This document shows, piece by piece, positions 9,489 through 18,746 of a DNA stretch of 23,956 nt. The DNA is from Craspedostauros australis (taxonomy: Eukaryota): contig JALAGF010000963.1 of the NCBI GenBank assembly GCA_030167865.1, positions 62,001 to 85,956 of the forward strand, in the 5' to 3' direction. The notes beneath the pieces are model-generated. The model saw nothing but the letters and a program-made list of their open reading frames with translations. It ran no database searches and was not told where the DNA came from. Numbering within the stretch: position 1 is the stretch's first letter; every line of letters starts with the position of its first letter. Position numbers and translations under genes: made by a program.

Positions 9489-10944
9489 CCTCTTCTCAGT
9501 TCTGTTGTCGTCATGGCCCGCGCCTGGTGTGTCGAGCACCAACGAACGAAGAGATCCACCAAGGAAGAAGAACACACGATGCCAGAAAAGCTCCATTACT
9601 CCGGTCCACCATCTACTCGCAAGCGCGCGAAAGGGTTGACGACGATCTTGTGATACTTGTGGAGAGGTGGAAGTTGATCTCCGTGTTGGAAGCGCGGCCA
9701 CACTACAAGTAGGTATGTCGGTGCGTCCAAATTGTCATCCGCTCCGCTCCGTACCATAGCTCGTGCAATACATGCATCGTCTTGATGCACAATGTGTCTT
9801 TGTATCGGTTGCCCACCAGAAGGACCAGGACAACAGCTACGCCAGCAGATCGCACAACCGGCCTCCGCGAATTTGGTTTGCGGAAGGGTCTTTTGTGCAG
9901 GGAGAATCAGTCACAAGGTGCCGGCCGAATGATCAAGGGACGACGAAGGACAACTCACACGTCGAGAGAGCCAAGCGAAGAGCGCAATTCGACCTTTCTT
10001 TGAGTTAGTTTGCATGGGGCTGCCATAAGCTTGTAAGCTCACATTCCACGAGCAATTGGAGCATTGCTGAGTACAGGCTCTGCAGAAAATAGAACGTACT
10101 ACTATTGCGCAATCCGCCTCTGGGTGGTGTTGGTGGGTGCTGATTGCTCGTACGATCTATATATGGTGCGCTTGGTCGGAGATGATTGAGGTTGGAAGGA
10201 AGAAACAACTTCTACTAACGTGGATGTGCGGGTAGAACTGTCTCTTTACGCCTTCGTGGCTTCTGCGGGGAGTCCAGAAGTATCGGGCTCTGCTGCGGAG
10301 AAGGAAGTTCGGGATCGGCCGGAGTAGATTGCTCTGTTCTGTCACCACGCTCTGTCATGTTATTGTGCTATTACGATCCTTGGATGTGTTGCTTGGTATG
10401 GAATTGTTCGCGCACGTGTGAGCAGAAGACTATTATGTGTGGCAACCTAATACCCACCATTTGCAACCATTTCTAGAGACGCAACCAGTTGTCGTGTCTG
10501 GGGAGGCCAGTCGACTTGGGACCAACAACCGGGCACAGATTGGATGGAAATGCGTGTCTTGGGTGTGGACATAGCGCTTTGGGCTCCCCTCCTCTTCTTC
10601 CAAAGCAAATGGCCTCTCGCGTGATACTTCCATTCGCCGCAGCAGACATGGAGCAGTTTCAACCTTCGCGGCCACAACACAAAGACTTCCCATTGGTACT
10701 AATACTAGTGAATGTGCAAGGATGGTCGCGAGCATGGGGCCTTCTGTGTTAAGTCGCTGTTTTAGGAGAAACGAAGGGTGTGCAGAGCGATCAACGCGGG
10801 CGACAGAAGCCGATTTTGTCATAACGAACTGTGATAAGTTTTGCCAAGCGCGTTGACCTTCACTGACTGCATCGACGACTGCATTGACAAAGGACGAACA
10901 CGCTATCGCAAACTTGGACGCATCACTCAATGCCCTCGTCTGCC

Positions 10945-10960
10945 CTCTCTCTCTCTCTCT
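10945..10960 (+). repeat. (CT)8 microsatellite
   Basis: Read directly from the sequence. Confidence 0.8.
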
Positions 10961-12032
10961 TTGGAAGCAGCACCCTGTCCCGGCCGCGCAGACCAGCCCA
11001 TCCCCCTCAGCCAAGGCGAGTAGCAAGACAAAGAAGCGGCTCCGTGACACTCGCGAGTTGCTCGATGGCGGCTCAGAAGAACCTGTCGGAGATTCCCACG
11101 GGTCGAGGAGAAGGAGTAACTGGAAGCGTTGCGTGAGAGGTTTCCTTGTTGCACGCAGCGCGAGTGCAAGTACGGGTACGTACAAGTATGTAGGAGGATC
11201 TAGCTTTCATATGCTTCTCATTCGAACATGCAAGTTCGGCTGCCTCGTTGGCCACCCACACGCGTATCTCAGACCAGTACCGTCGGTTGGGTCCGAAGTT
11301 GTGCGGAGCGCGGATGCTCCTCGCCATCATCCGAACACTCGATTGTCTCGTTCGTCATCCTCGGGGAGCTGAAAGCGGCAGTGTAGGCGGGAAAAGGCTC
11401 TGGGAACCTCGCAGACACCGAGGAAGACAAGACCTTGCGATCCTTTCGTACCTACTTGGTCGGGAGGAGGATCCTTGTTCGCATCCTATCCTAGTTTGTA
11501 CTCCCTCTGGAGTATGCACGGGGGTGCGCGAGTGGATGCGTGAATTGGCAGATGGTCGATGACACGAGCGTGGGCATGAGCCGCGGACCTGAATATCAGT
11601 GCAAGGCTGAGTACCATACTATTATAGTTGTAGTACAGGCCATGGGTGCAAGTGTGCAGAGTATGGTCCATGGAGTGGCGACAGCCGCCGCAGCCGGCAG
11701 GAGACTTAGCTCAAACAGCCATTTGCGCAGGAGACAGATACAGATGGATGGCACATTGGGATGAATCAGATCCAGGTGATGCGACTCCTACCTCGTACCG
11801 TACTGGTGCTCGTGGACAGAAAGAGCGGGTGCCACATCGTTCCGCGCGAGCTTTTCTGATACACGGAACAGGACGGAGTAGATGGATCAGAGCGCACTAC
11901 ACTTCACCAAATGGCGTGGACAGCAGGTAGTCTAGTTGTGTTTGGCACTGATAGAGTAGTGAAGCTAGTATGCTAATTGGTATGTATACATCATTAGTGG
12001 TTGCAGCAGAAGAGAGCAGGTACCAGCGCGAT

Positions 12033-12908
12033 CTACGCTGCGGCAGCTGCCTCATGACTCTTGCACATCATGTGGACGATGTTCTCCAGGAAGATGCCGT
12101 ATGAACCATGTCCCAGGCCCTGGCTGTTCGCGTTGCTTCCTGCGGAAGTGCCAGCCGAGGCATGCTGCGACTGGCTCCTGTCCTCTCTGGCAACTCGGAG
12201 GATCTCCTCCCAGCACCGATCCGCGAGCTCGTGCTCTCCCAGGAGCAGGCAAACGTGAGCGAGGTTGTTCCAGATGCCTGCGTACTGTGTGACAGTGTGG
12301 CTGCTGTCGGCGTCCTGTGCCGGTGGCTGGATGTACGATGACGACCAAAGTCGGATAGTGTTCTCGTACAGGGTCTTTGCTCTGGACAGCAGAGCCTGTC
12401 GTCTGGCGGTTTCGCATTCTCTCGTCTGCAGCGCTTGGAAGTGGTGCAGCAAGGCCAGGTTGTGAAGCAGCACGAAAGAGAGGGCCTGGACGGCAGTCTC
12501 CTCCATCTGGTGTTCCTGGGGATGGGCAGCGGCGGGGCTGCTGGACGAGACTGTCAGCGCTTGGTTGTACAGGACGTAGTCTTGCGCTGGCAGTGCGGTC
12601 ACTGGGATGTCGATGCACGATAGGTGGATGGCTCCGTCGGTGGTGGCTTCGTCCATGCTCGTGTCCATCTCCGTCTCCATGCTCGTGGCATCACCGCATT
12701 CAGGTGCCTGCTTGTTGAGCTGTGTCAGGTGCGACTTCTGTCGCACATCCTTCAGCTGCTGCTTCACGGTGCTGAGTGCCCAGGACAGGCATCGGCTTGC
12801 GTCGCTGTGCCGTCCCATTACCAACCCTTCGGCGCCTCTGTTGGCGGCGTCCAGCACTGGCTGGAAGGTCGCGATGGTGTTTTCGTATGTGGCGTTTACT
12901 GTTGTCAT
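12033..12908 (-). CDS. TPR-like helical-repeat hypothetical protein, paralog B (~291 aa)
   Basis: This is the 3' part of track ORF 12033..13361. The ATG at 12908 (MTTVNATY) follows a (CAA)n leader. Motifs AANRGAEGLVMGRHSDASRCLSWAL, YVLYNQAL, VLLHNLALLHHFQA, LLSRAKTLYENTIRL, GIWNNLAHVCLLLGEHELADRCWEEI and IFLENI...EAAAAA* mostly align with paralog A. Confidence 0.82.
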   Translation of the reverse strand: MTTVNATYENTIATFQPVLDAANRGAEGLVMGRHSDASRCLSWALSTVKQQLKDVRQKSHLTQLNKQAPECGDATSMETEMDTSMDEATTDGAIHLSCIDIPVTALPAQDYVLYNQALTVSSSSPAAAHPQEHQMEETAVQALSFVLLHNLALLHHFQALQTRECETARRQALLSRAKTLYENTIRLWSSSYIQPPAQDADSSHTVTQYAGIWNNLAHVCLLLGEHELADRCWEEILRVAREDRSQSQHASAGTSAGSNANSQGLGHGSYGIFLENIVHMMCKSHEAAAAA

Positions 12909-12915
12909 TGTTGAA

Positions 12916-12936
12916 TGTTGTTGTTGTTGTTGTTGT
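12916..12936 (+). repeat. (TGT)7 microsatellite, i.e. (ACA)7 in the 5' leader of paralog B
   Basis: Read directly from the sequence; it ends 7 nt before the predicted ATG. Confidence 0.85.
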
Positions 12937-14282
12937 GAGCGTGTTTGGGTTTGCGTGTCTGTGCGTGTGAATGTGGTAGATGCTTTGATTGCTTTTGCTT
13001 TTGCGCAGTTTGTTTTTTGTGAGGAGGAGGTGGACACAGACAACACCACCTCCCTCTTCTCCACGCATCCTCGTACGTGTACTGGTAGCGTGCCAGCACT
13101 CCGTTGCCGCAAACTCGTTGTGGTCCATTCCTCCCCGCTTGGCTTCACCAGCACCATGCCTTTTCGCGCACTCACGCCCACGTTGCCACGTTCTGTTTGG
13201 GGAGCACAGGGCACTGCCAGCCTCCCCAAAGGAGTTGAAGTTGCAATGAGAACACCAGTCAAACGGACCAAATATTTGGTGGAAAGGCTCGGCAGAACAT
13301 TCCCTTCCCAACAACGCCGAACACCACGGCGGAAGGGAGGCTGCACGGTCTTGTACAGCAAACTGCGCGAGCTTTCCTCCCCCAGACACTCACACTTTCG
13401 CGCTGTTTGGCGGGCGTGGGTGATAGCATCAACGGAGTACGATCTCGTGGAGTACGAGCCTTGCGTGGAACATGGTGGGTACGTGTACAGTTGAAGCCAC
13501 GCAAACCGCCAATAGCTTGTGGATGTGTGTCCTCTCTCTGCATCTTGTCACGCAGGTACGCGCACGGTAACGAAACAGAGGCGCACTTTCATTAGTGGCA
13601 CCGCCCGTAAACCTCGATTGAGCTTCGGACTCGGCAACAAAAGCGGAAACATACTTCACGATGACATCACATGTGGACAGAAACAGATCACAATGGGATC
13701 CCCCAACGATCACTAACGGACATAATCCGATCCTGGGAGGCGAAATCATCGTTGGGTTTCGGCCTTGCCGAAGAACATCCCCGCCGGGTCCTTCACCACC
13801 CGCTGCCCGTACTCGCAGAGCACACAGAGCGCCCTGCTTGACGAACTCGCACCACGCGATGCAGAGCATGTCGACAACGACGAAGGATGGTGTTGGGCTT
13901 TTGTGAATCGAGGAGCTAACCGCAGTCGCCTCTTTCCGAGGAACGGAAATTCGAATGAGCGAAGGATCCCATGGCTGCCCAGAGGAGCGAGAAAAGAGAT
14001 CCCGAAAGGGGAGGGGAGGAATGCTGCGGGACCTGCTCGCAGCTCGCACAAACTCACCAGCACAGGCGACGACAGCGAGAGGTAACTTGGTCGATGGAGA
14101 AGGATGTCACACGCGCTCATGTCCATCGTGTTGAGAGTCGTCCGGGAATTGAGAAGGAAGAAACGACGGACTGGAATAGGCAGAAAGAGGAGAAACTTGT
14201 TCTCTGGCAAGACCGATAGCAACCGAAGTGCCACGCCAAGCCACGAACTCTTGCCAAAATCTTCAAGACTGTTACGCACACA

Positions 14283-14304
14283 CAGAGCAGAGCAGAGCAG
14301 AGCA
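14283..14304 (+). repeat. (CAGAG)4 pentanucleotide repeat
   Basis: Read directly from the sequence. Confidence 0.8.
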
Positions 14305-15923
14305 TAGCTATGATAGATTGGTAGCGAGATAGCTGTTAGATAAAGAGAGGGACGGAGGGAGGGAGGGAGAGGCAGCTTCCAAGCGCCCTGCTCACGGATC
14401 GCTCTCTCAGATCAGCCGCATCCAGTGTAGATCTTGGTTGCTCTTACAGGTCGTCCATCACAGACGAGATGACAGCAACTATCTCATCCTATCTTTTCTT
14501 GTCGTGCTGCCTCAAGAGCAAGAACGCGAAGAATGCGCGACATTGCAGTTCGCTTTGCGCTATGCTGTGCTACTGTACTGCTCTGTGCACTCTGTTGGCC
14601 CTCTTTCTTTCTGTTTGGTTGATACTCGTTGACCTCTTGGCTTCATCCGCCTCGTGCTTCGTTGTTCTCTCTGCTTTCGTGTGTACTCTGGTCTGTGTGC
14701 ACTGGAGCCATTCGCGGCTCGCAGACATCAAGAGAGAACCGACTGCCTGACCGATTAGCCGACCCATCAGACATAGACATAACCCGAGGGGATCTTGTGG
14801 CCGTGACGTGTATCGAGATTCTTCCACGCAACCACAGACCGCTGCTGCCTTCGTGTTGCTTTGGTGTGCCAAGAACTCAACAAACGCGCTTTGTGAACAG
14901 TCCGCCTTCAACTTGATCGGTTTTAAGGTGCGACCCAGCACAGAGTGTCGTGACGTGATTGACTTCTCCAAGAAACATGCCTCGCGGTCACAAATGCGAA
15001 CGACTTGAACAACAATCTGTCACGTGGTCATGCGCGTAGAGAACGAAGGAGAACGCTCTGTGGCGGCATTTTTGTCGTAGTTGTGCGTTGCCGGTACTAC
15101 GGTGCGGACAATCAGGCCTTCGAGACAGGATTTCGGCACAGAGCTCCGCAAGGTTCAAGAAAGAAACGGGAAGGCGGATGTACCCTTCACCCAGAGAAGC
15201 AGAGACACTCTGCTAGCGTTGTCTCTCTGTTCTATCAAAATTGGATCCACAACTGCGATGGCTCCCTTGAGTCAGAGAAATGACAAAGTATCCAACGTTT
15301 CTGGGATGTGGAAGCTGTTTTCTGGAGGAGAGGCGCAGAGATCAGCTTTCCTGGCCGTTGCCACGCACGCACATGCGTGTTGGAGTCTCATCTTGTATTG
15401 CCTGGTCGGACTCTTCCTTGCATTTGAAGTCTGTCTGTGCGATGTTTGTGGCGATCGCATTGCTATACCGACCTGGCAACGCACCCTCTATCACTGTTCA
15501 CAGCACGGTACCACAGCGACGGCAACCGCATGTCTCACAGGAACAAGCCACACGGACGAAACCAAAGGATGTCGCTGCTCGTCAGAACACAGAGCAGAAC
15601 AGAGAGGTCTCTGCCACCCAAAAGACGCAAGAGTCCTTCACACAGAAACAGAGAGGTTCACTATTGGATTACTCGCAGGTAAGGCGCACAATCTATCATA
15701 ATGGTGCTGGCACACAAAGAGCATTGAGATAGCCACGTTCGTCATCGCTGTCAATGTCACTCTCTTGCAAGTGACAGCTCATTGAGCTTCTGACAAAGCG
15801 ATGCTGTTGCGCAGGAGCCATGCAGCGGGAGGCAAAGGTATGTCCCCGCCAAACGAAAACAGCTTGAAGGGGCGATCATGGAGACAGAGCACCATTCAAT
15901 CGTTCGCCCGTCGTTCACCGCGT

Positions 15924-17561
15924 TCATTCACCAGCACGAAGCGAATAGTCGTAGGCTTGAGACTTGATGGTGTCGGTCTGCACGAGCAGGCTTCGCGGTC
16001 GTTCTCGAGACTCCAACAGCAGACGGCTGAACTGTACTGCTGACATGCCGCTTGTGGCTTTGCCATTGAGCTCGAGGATGACGTCGCCTGGTCGCACAGC
16101 ACCGCTGAGTGGGCTGTCCTCGTCCATGGCATCCACGACGATGCATTGTTCTTCCGGCAGCAGACCTTGCTTCTTCACCTTGCGACGACACGCGATGCCC
16201 AGTTCACCAGCTGGTGCCTCGACTTTGCGTTCAAAGTACCGCTGCTCCAACGATTCCAGGATGCCACGTGTGCTCACAAGGATGTTGGTCGATTGTTCTG
16301 GCTGCGCCGACCATGCTCCGGTGGACGTTGCATGGGACTTGGACGCCCAGATGCTGGAGAATTCGGATTCGAAACCCTTGCGTCGATCGAACGGCTTGGA
16401 TGTCGCGGCGGCAGCTTTGAATCCTGCAGGGTCACGCAACACATGGTGATCGTTGTGCACGGGTGCAGGAGGTGGGTCTCGCGGTTCATCGTCAGTGCGC
16501 TGCGTCGGCGACGTGGTGGAGCGACGCCCCTTCATGATATGACCTTCATTCAGCAGCGTCGGCATCTTCATGAGATTCGTGGGGAGCTGGAGCTGCACGC
16601 CAGCTTGATCTTCCGGTGTGGTCATGCCGAGATCGAACCCTCCCACCATCGGGGAGGTGGTCCCGATTGTGCTACCCGTTGGCAGGCCGAGAAAGCTCAC
16701 CTGGTCATCGCAGTCCGTGCTTTCTTCGTACGAAATCTCTCCGAAGGGTTGCGACTCTTGGTGGCCGCCATCCGCAGCGGGATCGGGGTGATGCTTCTGT
16801 GTCTTATTGAAGATGAACTGGTCGTCATCACCATCGTCACCATCATTGTTGCTGTTGACATTGCTGTTTCTGTCGTGTGGACGAAGGCGGCTGCTCGTAT
16901 CGTCGTACGAGAAATCGGTGAAGGTGGTTGTGTCATCGTTGTTGGCCGTGTAGCCGTCAAGGCTGAAATTGAACAGACTCTCATTCTCGCCTTGTGCGCC
17001 ATGCGAGTACATCCGAGGGCGCGACGCGTTGTACTGCTGCTGTTGCTGGCGCAGGTAGGTCTGCTGGCCAAGGCTGTACATGCTGCTGCTGATGGTTTGG
17101 CTTCCGGCGACCGTCGATGTTGCGTAGCTGTAGAGAGACTTTTGCGATGTATTGCTGTACTCCATCGACCCAGAGTACGCCGTTGCCAACGTTGGACGCT
17201 TGCCGTTTCCACGCGAGGCAAGGAGGTGTTGATGACGGCGCAACTGCTGCTGCTGTTCTTGCGTCATTGACGAGCCTGCTGGAGAATATTGGTGTTGGAG
17301 CAGGCCACCGTTGCTATCATCACGGCCATTGCTCTTGACATGCTTGTTGCGTTTGTTGAAACGACGCAGCTTGGACCAGACACCACGGCGCCCATGTTTG
17401 GCTTCTTTGCAGTCGACGCCGTCATTGGCGTTGCTGTTGGTGTGCGAGTAGCCGTTGTGGAATCCTTCCAATCCATCGCCACATTGATTCGTGGATGGTT
17501 GTTGCGACGCTGTTGGGTGGTGGCCGCCTGGTTGAACGGGGATGGATCGTGCGCATCCCAT
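15924..17561 (-). CDS. PDZ-domain protein with N-terminal myristoylation/palmitoylation motif, 545 aa
   Basis: The N-terminus is MGCARS, followed by a long disordered S/Q/D-rich region. The C-terminal PDZ domain (~16235-15975) reads VEAPAGELGI...IVVDAMDEDSPLSGAVRPGDVILELNGKATSGMSAVQFSRLLLESRERPRSLLV. Confidence 0.85.
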   Translation of the reverse strand: MGCARSIPVQPGGHHPTASQQPSTNQCGDGLEGFHNGYSHTNSNANDGVDCKEAKHGRRGVWSKLRRFNKRNKHVKSNGRDDSNGGLLQHQYSPAGSSMTQEQQQQLRRHQHLLASRGNGKRPTLATAYSGSMEYSNTSQKSLYSYATSTVAGSQTISSSMYSLGQQTYLRQQQQQYNASRPRMYSHGAQGENESLFNFSLDGYTANNDDTTTFTDFSYDDTSSRLRPHDRNSNVNSNNDGDDGDDDQFIFNKTQKHHPDPAADGGHQESQPFGEISYEESTDCDDQVSFLGLPTGSTIGTTSPMVGGFDLGMTTPEDQAGVQLQLPTNLMKMPTLLNEGHIMKGRRSTTSPTQRTDDEPRDPPPAPVHNDHHVLRDPAGFKAAAATSKPFDRRKGFESEFSSIWASKSHATSTGAWSAQPEQSTNILVSTRGILESLEQRYFERKVEAPAGELGIACRRKVKKQGLLPEEQCIVVDAMDEDSPLSGAVRPGDVILELNGKATSGMSAVQFSRLLLESRERPRSLLVQTDTIKSQAYDYSLRAGE

Positions 17562-18746
17562 GATTGCAGGTTGTGGAAAGTGTGGTTACACTGTGTTGCG
17601 ATTGTGGGGTCAACGAGCTGATGTATGGGCTTGGAGTGATGGTGCAAACGGACCGTTGTGTTCTAATGTGAGCAATTACGAATGAGTGAGCGAGTGGGCG
17701 AGCGTGAGAAGTATGAGCAGATGAAGCAGGCATGGACGCGTGAGGTGAGGCTCGCACAGTGGGACTCGTGTGATGCACATCACAAAGGAACAAAGAGGTC
17801 ACCAATCCATCAACGCATCAGTCAACGCATCAACCATGCGCCCAGCTCACTCCCTCCCTGCTCAAGCATCAACGGTCATCTCCACACGAACAAACCACCA
17901 CCATCGTCATCATCGCCGTAGCAGCGATCATCGCCATCATCACCGAAGCGTACCTGCGAATGTCCTTGCCAACAAATTGTGATCGTGCGCAAGCACCAGT
18001 GATGTTGGCACTGTCTCACGCAGAAACCAGAACGCGCACGAACAACAAACAATCGTGGGAACAGTTTCCGCATCGCTCACGAACGGTTGGGATGCCAAAT
18101 TCAAATCAGTCGCCTGTAAAGTACTGTATCAGTGCCTATTTTTGTCACGATCCACGACTTGTGCTATCCGCGTACCAAGAGTGCGCGATGCGAGTGGGAA
18201 AGGCAACAACGCGAATTATGCACGACAGGAAAGATGAGACTGCCAAGAGAAAGCAAGTGGTGACCAGGGAGTCGCAGTATCCGTGTCCTGTCCACAAGGA
18301 AGAAGGGAATGGGAACAGGATGGAGCGCGAGCTGAAGTCGAGGAAGGGGTTACCGCGTATCATGGGTCGTGCCATACCATCTGTGGGAGAGAACCTCAGT
18401 CATGCCAAACACCAAATGCCACATGCCACCATGGCTGAATGACGATCCGACTGGTGGTACCAGTCAGAGCGGTGCAGCGGATGGTCGCGCCAATACAATA
18501 CTCGCGTGCGCGTATGGTGGGAACGCAAAGACGGTCAACGTCGCTGGTTATCACGAGGATCGTGCAATAATGAGAGGATGCAGCGACTTGGCTCGTGCAA
18601 ACACAGCATCTCGAAAGCAAAGCATGGCAAGCCAAAGACAAGACAAGTGGAGATCAAGAGATGAAAAAGAAACCGCTCCCTACTCTGTCTCTCCCTATCT
18701 CCCCCTTTCTATTCGCCCCTTGTTGTTGTCGGACGATCCACAACAC

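Noticed and set aside
12909..13361. 151-aa N-terminal extension of paralog B in the ORF track
   Set aside because: It has a non-ATG start, runs through the (CAA)n leader, and has no counterpart in paralog A.
16146..17270. 374-aa plus-strand ORF
   Set aside because: It is an antisense shadow of the PDZ gene with no recognisable domain.
17810..17832. 11-bp direct repeat TCAACGCATCA x2 upstream of the PDZ gene
   Set aside because: Short slippage duplications like this are frequent across the window, and there is no independent support for function.
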